From Fidelibacterota bacterium (GTDB lineage Bacteria > Fidelibacterota > Fidelibacteria > Fidelibacterales > Fidelibacteraceae): 56,327 nucleotides of DNA. The position numbers were made by a program, and so were the translations under genes. Shown one piece after another: positions 28,308 through 38,335 of this stretch. The stretch is taken from assembly GCA_034723415.1 (NCBI GenBank), contig JAYEOX010000027.1:1-56327 (forward strand). The letters are read 5' to 3'. The notes below the pieces were generated by a model. The model worked only from the letters and a program-made list of their open reading frames with translations, had not been told where the DNA came from and made no database searches. Each line of letters opens with the position of its first letter. Within the stretch, counting starts at the first letter, position 1.

Positions 28308-30392
28308 ATGAAGAACTATTCACCAAATGAAATGAGAAATATTGTAATTGTAGGACATTCTACAAGTGGAAAAACTATTTTAGCCGATGCAATATTATAT
28401 TCTCAGGGGGTAATCAATAGAATTGGGTCAATTAGAGAAGGTACGACTATTTCTGATTATTCAAAGATTGAAATTGAGAAACAAATATCAATATCATCTT
28501 CTTTAATGCATTTTGAAACCAATGATTTAAAATTTAATATAACAGATACACCGGGATATATGGATTTTGCCGGAGAGGTTATTAGTTCTGTTCATGTTTC
28601 TGATATTGGAATATTGAGTATTAGTGCAACTGCAGGAATTGAAGTTGGTACAGAATTTTCTTGGAATTATTTGAAAGAAGCCGGTGTAATTCCTTTAATT
28701 TCAGTAAATATGTTAGATAAAGAACACACGCATTTTGATGAAATTGTTGAAAAAGCAAAGGAACGATTTAGTGATCGTATTTTTCCTATTCAAATTCCTG
28801 TAAAAGCAGGACCCGGAATAAATTCTGTAATAGATCTGATATCAAATAAAATGCTAGTATTTGACAATAAGGGTAAATATAAAAAAGAAGATATCCCGGA
28901 AGAATATAAGGAAAAAACAGATGATTTATACCAGCAAATGATTGAAATGATCGCCGAATCAGATGATGAATTATTAGAAAAATACTTTGACAAGGGTGAA
29001 TTGTCGGCTGATGAAATAAAAACCGGTTTAAAAAATGCAATTATTAATAAAGAATTTATTCCATTGATGGCAACAGCTGCAGAATCCAATGTTGGTGTAT
29101 CAAGAATAATTGAGATTATTTCTGATTTTTATCCATCACCTGTGGATATGAACAAATTGGATACAAAAGATTTTGATGAGGAAGGAATAACTAAGAAGAT
29201 CACAGAAAATGGAAGCACAAACATTTTTATTTATAAAACAACAAATGATTCCAGTGTTGGTGATCTCTCTTATTTTAAAGTATTTTCAGGAGTATTGAAA
29301 CCGGGTTCAGAATTAAAGAATAGTGAAACAAATCAATCCGAAAGGTTTGGCACTGTTTATACATTAAATGGCAAGAAGAGGAAAGAAGTCAATGAGTTAC
29401 ATGCCGGTGACTTTGGTGTTGCTGTTAAATTGAAAGATAGTCATACTAATAATACTTTATCTGATGAAAAAGATCCGATTTTGTATAAAAAAATTGAATT
29501 TCCAAATCCGGTAATAAGAGTAGCCGTTGTTGCTACATCAAAAGGTGATGAAGAGAAAATTGGAGCAGGATTATCACAAATAAGTGAACAAGATCCGACT
29601 TTTCATTATGAAGTAGATTCTGAATTAAAACAGACATTGGTATCAGGTCTAGGAGAGATTCATCTTCAAGCTTCAATTAATAAAATAATGGAAAGATTTC
29701 ATATTGAAATTCAGCAATTGGAACCAAAAATTCCATATAGAGAAACAATTAGAAAACAAGCAGGTGGAAGATATAGACATAAAAAACAAAGTGGTGGTGC
29801 AGGACAATTTGGTGAGGTAGAGTTGCAAATAGAACCAAATGAAAGAGGAAAAGGAATTGAATTTGAAAGTAAATTAGTAGGGCAAAATGTCGATAGAGTA
29901 TTTGTTCCGTCAATTGAAAAAGGTATAAAACAAGCATGTATAAATGGTCCTCTTTCCGGAAATATTGTAATTGATGTAAAAGCAGCTGTTGTGGATGGAA
30001 AGCAACATCCGGTTGATTCAAAAGATATTGCCTTTCAAATTGCTGGTAGAGAATCATTTAAAAAAGCTTTTCTTAATGGCAATCCGGTATTATTAGAACC
30101 AATTTACGAAATACAGATCACTGTTCCTGAAGAGCATATGGGTGATGTTATGGGAGATATCTCATCTCGCAGAGGAAAGGTTAAGGGAGTGGATTCTGAT
30201 GGGCATTTTCAAGTTATTAATGCAACTGTTCCATTAGCGAATTTGTATAAATATTCAAATATTTTAAGATCATTGACACAAGGGCGTGCATATTATAAAA
30301 GAAAATTTTCTAATTACGAAATTGTTCCAAAAGAAATTCAAGATAAAATAATTGAAAATTATCAAAGAGAGAGAGAAGAAGGTAATAAATAA
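28308..30392 (+). CDS. Elongation factor G-like translational GTPase paralogue (divergent G motifs)
   Basis: G1 GHSTSGKT; G3 DTPGYMDF; G4-equivalent NMLD. EF-G domains II-V are recognisable (HRKQSGGAGQFGEV, HPVDS, MGDVMGDISSRRG). Confidence 0.85.
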   Translation: MKNYSPNEMRNIVIVGHSTSGKTILADAILYSQGVINRIGSIREGTTISDYSKIEIEKQISISSSLMHFETNDLKFNITDTPGYMDFAGEVISSVHVSDIGILSISATAGIEVGTEFSWNYLKEAGVIPLISVNMLDKEHTHFDEIVEKAKERFSDRIFPIQIPVKAGPGINSVIDLISNKMLVFDNKGKYKKEDIPEEYKEKTDDLYQQMIEMIAESDDELLEKYFDKGELSADEIKTGLKNAIINKEFIPLMATAAESNVGVSRIIEIISDFYPSPVDMNKLDTKDFDEEGITKKITENGSTNIFIYKTTNDSSVGDLSYFKVFSGVLKPGSELKNSETNQSERFGTVYTLNGKKRKEVNELHAGDFGVAVKLKDSHTNNTLSDEKDPILYKKIEFPNPVIRVAVVATSKGDEEKIGAGLSQISEQDPTFHYEVDSELKQTLVSGLGEIHLQASINKIMERFHIEIQQLEPKIPYRETIRKQAGGRYRHKKQSGGAGQFGEVELQIEPNERGKGIEFESKLVGQNVDRVFVPSIEKGIKQACINGPLSGNIVIDVKAAVVDGKQHPVDSKDIAFQIAGRESFKKAFLNGNPVLLEPIYEIQITVPEEHMGDVMGDISSRRGKVKGVDSDGHFQVINATVPLANLYKYSNILRSLTQGRAYYKRKFSNYEIVPKEIQDKIIENYQREREEGNK

Positions 30393-30419
30393 ACTTTATC
30401 AAAATTTTTTATTATAATT

Positions 30420-30917
30420 ATGAAAAATAAAATTAAATTATTGTGGTCTCCATGGCGTATGGAATATGTGAAAAGAGAAAAAGAGAAAGGATGCGTATTC
30501 TGTAAGAGAATTAAGCAAAGTAATGATAAAAAGAATCTGATCTTAATTCGACAAAAGTATTCCTTTGTAATAATGAATCTTTATCCTTACAATAACGGTC
30601 ATTTAATGGTGGTTCCATACAGACATATTGCAGATTATGGATCGTTAAAAGAAGTTGAGAGGAATGAAATTGCTGAATTGACAAATTTATCGATCAAGGT
30701 TATGAAAAATGTGTTAAATCCGGGTGGATTCAATATTGGAATGAACATTGGAAAAATTGGTGGAGCGGGAATTGCTGATCATTTGCATCAACATATTGTC
30801 CCGCGTTGGGAAGGCGATACAAATTTTATGCCAATAATTGGTCATACAAAAGTTATTGTAGATAGTTTAAATGAGACATATAATGATTTGAAAATTGGCT
30901 TTTCTGAATTATCTTAA
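30420..30917 (+). CDS. HIT-family nucleotide hydrolase/transferase
   Basis: Histidine triad HLHQHIVPRW and N-terminal PWRMEYV. Confidence 0.85.
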   Translation: MKNKIKLLWSPWRMEYVKREKEKGCVFCKRIKQSNDKKNLILIRQKYSFVIMNLYPYNNGHLMVVPYRHIADYGSLKEVERNEIAELTNLSIKVMKNVLNPGGFNIGMNIGKIGGAGIADHLHQHIVPRWEGDTNFMPIIGHTKVIVDSLNETYNDLKIGFSELS

Positions 30918-30955
30918 TTATACAGTGAAATATAAAAATATTGTAGGAGGAAAAA

Positions 30956-31300
30956 ATGAAATATTGTCCAATTTGTAAAAGTGAGTTTAATGATGAAGTT
31001 AAAGTGTGTCCTGATCATCATGTTAAATTAGTTAATTCATTGAAACATATAGAACATGAAGATAATGTGCATTGGGTTTTATTATATCAATTTATCAATA
31101 AAACATATTTTGAAATGGTTTCGCAAGTATTAGAGAAAAATGATATTCCTTATTTCCAAAAAAATGATTTTTTTGAAGGAGCATATTTAGTTAAAAGCGG
31201 ATCTCCGATCGGTACATCAATTAAATTATATATTCCGGCAAAATATCTACAAAAAGCAAAGGATTTAACAGGAGGAATGATTGATTTAGATGAAGAATAA
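30956..31300 (+). CDS. Zinc-ribbon plus DUF2007-like small protein
   Basis: CPICKSEF...CPDHH zinc ribbon at the N-terminus. SD GGAGG lies upstream. Overlaps the hisS start by 11 nt. Confidence 0.55.
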   Translation: MKYCPICKSEFNDEVKVCPDHHVKLVNSLKHIEHEDNVHWVLLYQFINKTYFEMVSQVLEKNDIPYFQKNDFFEGAYLVKSGSPIGTSIKLYIPAKYLQKAKDLTGGMIDLDEE

Positions 31301-32552
31301 AATTAAATCAGTTAAAGGGACTTATGATCTATTACCTTCTGAAATTTATAAATGGCAAGAAGTAGAAAATAAGTTAAGATCAATATTTTCATTATATAAT
31401 TTTTTAGAGATAAGAACTCCCATATTTGAAAAATCTAAATTATTTAGTAGAAGTGTTGGCGAATTTACAGACATTGTAAATAAAGAAATGTATTCTTTTC
31501 TAGATAAAGGAAAAGAAAGTTTAACTTTGAGACCTGAATTAACTGCATCTGTAGTTCGATCTTACATTGAACATAATTTTCAACAAATTTCATCAATACA
31601 TAAGATTTGGTATTATGGGCCATTATTTCGCCAAGAAAAACCTCAATCGGGTAGATATCGTCAATTTGTTCAGTTTGGTGCTGAAATTTTTGGTTCTGCA
31701 TATCCCGAATCCGATGTAGAATTAATTGATCTGGCTTATACGATATATACACAATTGGGACTTAAAAAATGGACTTTGTATATCAATACTTTGGGTAAAA
31801 AGAAGAATAGAAAAAAATATATAGATATTTTGAAAGAATCTTTGTTGCCATATAAAGATAAATTATGTAAAAATTGTAAAAATCGTTTTGATAAAAATAT
31901 TTTAAGATTATTTGATTGTAAAAATAGACAATGTAAAAAGATAATGAATGAGCATGCACCATTAATTATTGATCATTTATCAACAGAGGAAAAAGATTAT
32001 TTTGAAGAAGTTAAATCTTTACTTGATAAATTAAACATTAAATACGAAGTTGATCCGACCATGGTTAGAGGATTAGATTATTATACAAATACGATTTTTG
32101 AAATACGAAGTGAAAATTTAGGTTCACAAGATGCATTATGTGGTGGTGGTCGTTATGATAATTTAGTTGAAGATCTTGGCGGCAGTTCTACTCCTGCAGT
32201 TGGATTTGCTGCCGGTATGGAAAGATTATTGATTGCAATGGAGAAGGAAAAACTTTTTAAAAATGAATCAAACAAATTAGATATTTTCATCGCTCCGATG
32301 AACGAAAATGTTAGGGAAAGAGCAATTCAAATTGTAAAAGAAATTAGAAATAATAGGTATTCTGTTGACATGGACTTTCAAAGACGAAGTGTAAAAGCAA
32401 TGATGCGAGAAGCAAATAGAAAGAATGCAAAATATTCTATTGTCATTGGTGAAAATGAATTGCAATCGGGAGAAGTAAATATAAAAAATATGGATAGTGG
32501 AAAAGAAAAAACTGTGAAAATAGATAGAATAAATGATTTTTTGTCGAAATAA
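31290..32552 (+). CDS. hisS: Histidine--tRNA ligase
   Basis: GTYDLLP, LRPELTA, YYGPLFRQEKPQSGRYRQF and GGGRYD motifs. Confidence 0.95.
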   Translation: MKNKIKSVKGTYDLLPSEIYKWQEVENKLRSIFSLYNFLEIRTPIFEKSKLFSRSVGEFTDIVNKEMYSFLDKGKESLTLRPELTASVVRSYIEHNFQQISSIHKIWYYGPLFRQEKPQSGRYRQFVQFGAEIFGSAYPESDVELIDLAYTIYTQLGLKKWTLYINTLGKKKNRKKYIDILKESLLPYKDKLCKNCKNRFDKNILRLFDCKNRQCKKIMNEHAPLIIDHLSTEEKDYFEEVKSLLDKLNIKYEVDPTMVRGLDYYTNTIFEIRSENLGSQDALCGGGRYDNLVEDLGGSSTPAVGFAAGMERLLIAMEKEKLFKNESNKLDIFIAPMNENVRERAIQIVKEIRNNRYSVDMDFQRRSVKAMMREANRKNAKYSIVIGENELQSGEVNIKNMDSGKEKTVKIDRINDFLSK

Positions 32553-32645
32553 TTTTAAAAATAATTGCTTTAGATAAATGATGTTAAATAAACTTATAAC
32601 TTAAGTTAGAATTGAATTATTAATGTAATGAGTGAAATATAATTT

Positions 32646-33563
32646 ATGAAATTATCCTATTGGTTAGAATTTATTTTAATAAAACTATTTGAATATTTCT
32701 TTTCAATTTTTCCATCGCGAGTAGTGGAATGGATGGGGTTTAAATTGGGGACATTTATTTGGATATTTTTCCCTTATAGATTGAATATTGCATTTAATAA
32801 TTTAAGCATTGCATTTCCCGATAAATCAAGAGAAGAAAAATTAAGAATACTTCATAGCACTTATAAATATTATGGGTATATGATCGCGACTTATTTTATT
32901 GCAAATAGAAAATATATGAGAAAAAAAATATTAAACACTGATACAAATGCTGAAGAATTATTTAATAAAGAATTATTAAACAAAAAAGGAATAATATTAT
33001 CAGGTTTGCATTTCGGCCTTTGGGAAACATATATAAATTATTTAAATATCAAACAGTTCAAATTTAGTGGACTTTATAAACCGATGAAAAATAAACTAAC
33101 CGATAAATATTTTATAAATCATAGATTAAAATTTGGTGATAATTTAAGACATATTAATATCAAAGATAATAATAATTACGAAAAAGAATTAAAAGAAAAT
33201 AGAATATTAGCGATTGCAGTTGATCAAAATGCACATAAAAAAGGGACGAAGGTATTTTTTTTAGGAAAAGAAGCATCCATTCCCAAAGGTGTTGCTGTTT
33301 TTTATATAAGAACGAATTCTCCAATATATCTTGGCGCATATATAATGAAAAATCTGAAATATCACTTGATCATAAAGAAAATAAATGTTCCGGAATACAG
33401 CGAAATAAATGAAAAATCCATAAATTCCATTATGAGTAAAGTATTAAAAGAATACGAAGAGATTGTAAAAACATATCCTGAACAATATCTGTGGTTTCAT
33501 AAGTTATGGGGAAAACCAAAATCAAAAATTAAACGAACAATGAGAGAAATATTTAAATATTAG
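32646..33563 (+). CDS. Lipid A biosynthesis (LpxL/HtrB-type) lysophospholipid acyltransferase
   Basis: N-terminal TM, HFGLWE (HX4E/D) catalytic motif, and a C-terminal YPEQYLWFHKLW signature. Confidence 0.75.
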   Translation: MKLSYWLEFILIKLFEYFFSIFPSRVVEWMGFKLGTFIWIFFPYRLNIAFNNLSIAFPDKSREEKLRILHSTYKYYGYMIATYFIANRKYMRKKILNTDTNAEELFNKELLNKKGIILSGLHFGLWETYINYLNIKQFKFSGLYKPMKNKLTDKYFINHRLKFGDNLRHINIKDNNNYEKELKENRILAIAVDQNAHKKGTKVFFLGKEASIPKGVAVFYIRTNSPIYLGAYIMKNLKYHLIIKKINVPEYSEINEKSINSIMSKVLKEYEEIVKTYPEQYLWFHKLWGKPKSKIKRTMREIFKY

Positions 33564-33573
33564 GAAAATTAAT

Positions 33574-33951
33574 ATGAATGAAAATCAAAATGCTCAGTTA
33601 GATGAAGAACTGAAAAGATTTAAAGAAGAAAAAGAAAAAATTAGATCACTTGTTGGTCAGATTGGTGGAAAAAATACACAAAAAAGAGATAAAATTATTT
33701 CAATAGTTTTTATTAGTGCTATTACTATATTATTTACTGTTGATGTTTTAAGACATATTTTGCATATTAATATTCCATTACCACCGCTATTTTCAATTGA
33801 AATTGGTGTTTTATTTGTTTCAGTAAAGATAATATGGATGATGCATCAGCAAGCAAAAGTTAATCATTTTGAATTTTGGATATTAAATTCAATAGAATTC
33901 AGATTAAATGATATTTCTAACAGAATAACAAAAATTTTAAATAAAAAATGA
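33574..33951 (+). CDS. Small two-TM membrane protein, unknown function
   Basis: Charged coiled N-terminus followed by two hydrophobic segments. ATGA overlap with tsaC. Confidence 0.55.
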   Translation: MNENQNAQLDEELKRFKEEKEKIRSLVGQIGGKNTQKRDKIISIVFISAITILFTVDVLRHILHINIPLPPLFSIEIGVLFVSVKIIWMMHQQAKVNHFEFWILNSIEFRLNDISNRITKILNKK

Positions 33952-34583
33952 AATTTCATAATTCAAGAATTGGCATTAAAAAAACAATTTCAACGACAAT
34001 TAATGTTTTAGAAAATGATGGAATAATTGTATATCCGACCGATACAATCTATGGATTTGGTGCAGATGTTTTTTCTGAAATTGCAATAAATAAAATCATA
34101 AATTTAAAAAATCGTAACAAAAAAACTCCATTCAGCATAATCGTTCCTTCAAAAGAATATTTATTTGAAAAAGTTATTATAAATGATAGAATAAAAAAAA
34201 TCGTTAATAAATTTATGCCCGGTGCAGTAACATTTATTTTACCGACAAAAAAAAATGTTTTCCCAAAAATATTTTATAGCGAAAATAAGTTTGTGGGTTA
34301 TCGTATTCCTAACAATGACTTTTGCTTAAAATTGACTTCTAAATATGACAAACCTATTATCACAACAAGCATAAATTTAAGCGGTGAATTACCATTGAAT
34401 AAAATTGACAATATAATAAACAATTATCATGATAAAATTGAAGTTTATATCAAAGATGATGAATTGGAAAAAAAATCAAATCCAATCGGAAGTACGATAA
34501 TCAAAATTACTGAAGATAATAATGTTATTTTAATACGAAGTGGAAAAATTTCATTTTCTGATATTATTAAAATTATCGAATAA
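33948..34583 (+). CDS. tsaC: L-threonylcarbamoyladenylate synthase (YrdC/Sua5 family)
   Basis: GIIVYPTDTIYGFGAD, PGAVTFIL and TSINLSGE motifs. Confidence 0.85.
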   Translation: MKFHNSRIGIKKTISTTINVLENDGIIVYPTDTIYGFGADVFSEIAINKIINLKNRNKKTPFSIIVPSKEYLFEKVIINDRIKKIVNKFMPGAVTFILPTKKNVFPKIFYSENKFVGYRIPNNDFCLKLTSKYDKPIITTSINLSGELPLNKIDNIINNYHDKIEVYIKDDELEKKSNPIGSTIIKITEDNNVILIRSGKISFSDIIKIIE

Positions 34584-34592
34584 ATAAGTTAA

Positions 34593-36449
34593 CTAAATTT
34601 TATCTTTTCTAATTCTATCTGTTAATAAGATCAAATTTTTCAAGTCCTCAATATCCTTTGCTTTTTCCCAATTATCTATGAAATTTTTATTTTGAATGAT
34701 TTGAGCAATTGACATTAGTGCTTGCAAATGAAAACTTCTTTCATCTATAGAGCCAACCAGAGCAAATAAGATATGGACTGGAGGGATATCATTACCAAAA
34801 TCAATTCCTTTTTGTGAGCGAATTACAATAATATCAAATATTTTTTCGCCTTCAATTATTATATGTGGAATTGCAAGTCCTTTGTATATGACCGTACTAC
34901 TTACATTTTCTCTTTCTTCTAATAAATTATAAATTGTTTTTGGATTTATATTCATTTTTTTTGAAAATGCATTGGAAATGATTTCAAATATTTGATTTTT
35001 ATTCATTTTTTTGTCAACATCAATGAATTTAGCTTGTTTAATAAGACGATCAAATTTATCTTCTATAATATCATCTCTTTTAATTAAAATATCTTTAAGT
35101 TCATCTGTTAAAGTAGAAGTTTTTAATTTTTTCGCACTAATTCGTTCGACAATATGGATTAGAGCTGATTGTTTTGAATTTCTTTTTTTTGAATATAAAA
35201 AATACCATAAAATAGAAAGAATTAAAAATCCAAGTGTGATTAATAATGGAATATTTCCCATTTCAATGATTAGAATTAAATAAACAATTATTCCAATAAT
35301 TTGCAAATATGGATAAAAAGGAGATTTAAAAGATGGTCTATAAGTTATTATTTTACTTTCTCTCATTAAGATCACAGAAAAATTTACAAATAGAAAAAGT
35401 ATCAACATCATCGTAGAGGCGACTTTTACTAAATTTTCAAGTTCAAGAAAAAGTATAACAGAAACCATAAAAACTGAAGTCATCAAAATTGATATTATTG
35501 GCGTTTTTAGTTTTAGATTTACCTTAGATAGTACTGATGGTAAAAGATTGTCTTTCGACATTGCCAATGGAATTCTTGATGATGATAATAGGCCGGCATT
35601 TCCTGTTGTTATAAATGCTAACATCGCAGCTACGGAAAGTATTAAATATCCAAAATTTCCATAATGTTTTGAGGCAGCTAGTGAAATTGGATTAAATGTT
35701 TGTTGAAAATCTATTTTTCCTAATAAACCAACAGTTACGAAAATAGTCAATATATAAATTAAAGTTACAATAACAAATGCAACAAACATACCCTTTGGTA
35801 TATTTTTTTTAGGATTTTTTATTTCTTCAGAAAGTGTTACAATTTTTGTGAGTCCTCCAAATGAGATAAAAATCATGCCCGTTGCAGTGAAAATAGATTT
35901 CCACCCATAAGAATTAAAGGGGATATAGTTTTGTGCATTTATGTGATTAATATTCGAAAAAAAATAAAATGTTAGAATACTAATTAATCCAATAACTAAA
36001 ACAATTTGGAATCTTCCACTTTCTTTTGCTCCAATTATATTTAAAATAGCAAAAAATATAGCAAAACTTACAGCGATTATTTTTACCATTTCTACAGAAG
36101 TTTCCGGAAAAAGAGGTTGTAAAAATAAACCTATTCCAAGAAGAGCAAAGGCACTTTTTAAACTTAATGAAAACCAAGAAGCTAAACCAGCAAAAGTCCC
36201 GAAAAAAGCACCCAAACTTCTGTGTATAAAAAAATAAGTTCCACCAGATTTGGGCATTGCAGTTGCTAATTCTGTTTTTGAAAACATTGCAGGTATCATC
36301 AGCAAAGAAGCGAAGATGTAAGCGATAATTATTGAAGGACCAACTTTTAAATATACAATTGCTGGAAGCACAAATAATCCTGAACTTATCATTGATCCGG
36401 AAGCGATACAAAAAATATCCCAAAACCCTAATTCTTTCTTTAATTTCAT
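34593..36449 (-). CDS. APC-family amino-acid permease fused to a C-terminal PTS EIIA(type 2)-like domain
   Basis: About 12 TM segments with an APC-like N-terminus (GSMISSGLFVLP). The C-terminal ~150 aa carry GLAIPHIIIEG, the EIIA-2 phosphorylatable-His motif. Confidence 0.8.
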   Translation of the reverse strand: MKLKKELGFWDIFCIASGSMISSGLFVLPAIVYLKVGPSIIIAYIFASLLMIPAMFSKTELATAMPKSGGTYFFIHRSLGAFFGTFAGLASWFSLSLKSAFALLGIGLFLQPLFPETSVEMVKIIAVSFAIFFAILNIIGAKESGRFQIVLVIGLISILTFYFFSNINHINAQNYIPFNSYGWKSIFTATGMIFISFGGLTKIVTLSEEIKNPKKNIPKGMFVAFVIVTLIYILTIFVTVGLLGKIDFQQTFNPISLAASKHYGNFGYLILSVAAMLAFITTGNAGLLSSSRIPLAMSKDNLLPSVLSKVNLKLKTPIISILMTSVFMVSVILFLELENLVKVASTMMLILFLFVNFSVILMRESKIITYRPSFKSPFYPYLQIIGIIVYLILIIEMGNIPLLITLGFLILSILWYFLYSKKRNSKQSALIHIVERISAKKLKTSTLTDELKDILIKRDDIIEDKFDRLIKQAKFIDVDKKMNKNQIFEIISNAFSKKMNINPKTIYNLLEERENVSSTVIYKGLAIPHIIIEGEKIFDIIVIRSQKGIDFGNDIPPVHILFALVGSIDERSFHLQALMSIAQIIQNKNFIDNWEKAKDIEDLKNLILLTDRIRKDKI

Positions 36450-36615
36450 TAATTATACTCCATAATATCTTTAAAAAGATATAAAATAAAAACTAAAACA
36501 ATAATACAGAAAATTATTAATAATTCCAACTGATATTTATTTCATAAAGTGATTATAAATGAAAATCTTTCCTTGATCAGACAAGGCGAAATACTATTTT
36601 CGGATATTTTCAAAT

Positions 36616-37476
36616 CTATTTATTAAAATTATTAGAAATTTCATTAAAATAATTTTCATGCTCTGGTGATATTTCTCTCAATTTTGGTAGGAAAAATGTA
36701 TCTTGTAATGACTCAATGAAAAAATCTGCTTCTTTATAATGATGTTCAATAAAAATTCGTGTATATTTATCCTTTTTCTGCAATGTAATTATTTGTTTAA
36801 TAAAATCAAATGCTTTGTTTAAATTTTCCTTTGCTGAATTCAATTTACCATCTTCTGCATCCCATATAGCTAGGGTATAATAATATCGAGCTTTTCTCAA
36901 TCGATAATTTTCAGTTAATTCTTCTAACTTTTTAATTCTTGTGTTACAACCTTGTGGCCATTGACTTATTTTACCCATTTCAACCGATTCTCTTGCCTTC
37001 TCATAAATCGAGTTCCCACCCATCAATGATATTGCATCTAATTCGGTACCAATGATCATATATCCATAAAAATCAATTACACTCGTGATAGGGTTATACA
37101 TACCGGTTCGCATAATTGGAGTACCTGTATTATAAGGGAAAATCCATCCCTGTTCAAAAAATCTTTGATCGTATTCATTAGTTATAATCGCCTTACATAC
37201 ATATTTAATTTCATTACCGGATTCGTCAATATTATCAATAAATAATTTAATAGTGAATGGAATGTTCATTTTATAGATATTGTTGCTAAATGAATTCGAT
37301 TTAATATATTGTTCTAATGAATATCTTAAATTTTCAATATCTTTCAAATATGATTGTTTTATCGATTTGGTTTGAGTTGTTACTTTCGGTATTAATGTTT
37401 GTGAAAATAGTATAGAAGAACTTAATAAAACGACAACATAGATTATTAATAATTTTTTCATATTTTTCCTCATCAT
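36616..37476 (-). CDS. DUF4835-like secreted protein/lipoprotein (FCB-group family)
   Basis: Has a signal peptide. ITSVIDFYGYMIIGTELDAISLMGG resembles the DUF4835 central motif as I recall it; not verified by search. Confidence 0.6.
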   Translation of the reverse strand: MMRKNMKKLLIIYVVVLLSSSILFSQTLIPKVTTQTKSIKQSYLKDIENLRYSLEQYIKSNSFSNNIYKMNIPFTIKLFIDNIDESGNEIKYVCKAIITNEYDQRFFEQGWIFPYNTGTPIMRTGMYNPITSVIDFYGYMIIGTELDAISLMGGNSIYEKARESVEMGKISQWPQGCNTRIKKLEELTENYRLRKARYYYTLAIWDAEDGKLNSAKENLNKAFDFIKQIITLQKKDKYTRIFIEHHYKEADFFIESLQDTFFLPKLREISPEHENYFNEISNNFNK

Positions 37477-37669
37477 TTATTTATCTCTAATTAAAGTTTA
37501 AGATATTATAATGACAATAACAATTAAATAATTAGTATTTATTTGATCACTAAAAAGACATGGTATTCACCTGCAAATTTATTATATTATAAAAAAGAAA
37601 AATTGTAATTCACCTAAATATTTAGTATTATTCAACGTTGGAAATTGAAATAAATTTAAGGAATTCTAA

Positions 37670-38335
37670 TTGAAAAAAAATAATAAAAAAGCAATTTTAT
37701 TTGATTTTGACGGTGTGGTAGTTAATAGTGAACCGTCTTATGAAAAAGTTATTAAAAAAATGTTCAAAAAACATAATGTATCTTTAAGGCAAAGTGATTG
37801 GGCATCATTTAGAGGTTTATCTCGAGATGGATTCTTTGAACTTGTTTTGGAAAAATATATTTTTAATACAAGTAGAGAATTATTAGAGGAAGAATTCCAT
37901 CAAGAATTATTAGTAGAAATGAAAGAAACGATTATTTATATTCCTGGCTTTTTGGAATTTTATAAATTAGTTAGTAAAAAATATTTTACAGCATTGGTTA
38001 CTTCCACTTCATTTGAATTAATGGATTGGATCTTTAAAAATACTAAGATCGCCAATAATTTTTCACCTGTAATAACTGCTGATGATGTAAAAAATACAAA
38101 ACCACATCCTGAACCATTTACAAAAGCAGCTAAAATTTTAAATATTCCAATTTCTGATTGTATTGTAATTGAAGATTCTCTCAATGGTATAGAAAGTGCA
38201 AAGAAATCAGGAGCGAAAGTTATAGGAATTACTACCGGATTTAGTTCATCTGAATTGCAAGATGCCGATCTGGTTATAGATTCTTATGAAGAATTAAATT
38301 TGGAAAGATTAAATGTTTTATTATCTAAATGTTAG
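37670..38335 (+). CDS. HAD-IA family hydrolase (beta-phosphoglucomutase-like), TTG start
   Basis: Motif I LFDFDGVV, motif II TS, and motif III/IV K...EDSLNGIESAKKSG. Confidence 0.85.
   Translation: MKKNNKKAILFDFDGVVVNSEPSYEKVIKKMFKKHNVSLRQSDWASFRGLSRDGFFELVLEKYIFNTSRELLEEEFHQELLVEMKETIIYIPGFLEFYKLVSKKYFTALVTSTSFELMDWIFKNTKIANNFSPVITADDVKNTKPHPEPFTKAAKILNIPISDCIVIEDSLNGIESAKKSGAKVIGITTGFSSSELQDADLVIDSYEELNLERLNVLLSKC

Noticed and set aside
36450-36615. ccttg-N6-caagg hairpin between the two minus-strand genes, considered as a terminator.
   Set aside because: The stem is only 5 bp, and on the - strand it is followed by aaagatttt rather than a clear U-tract. This is too weak to call.
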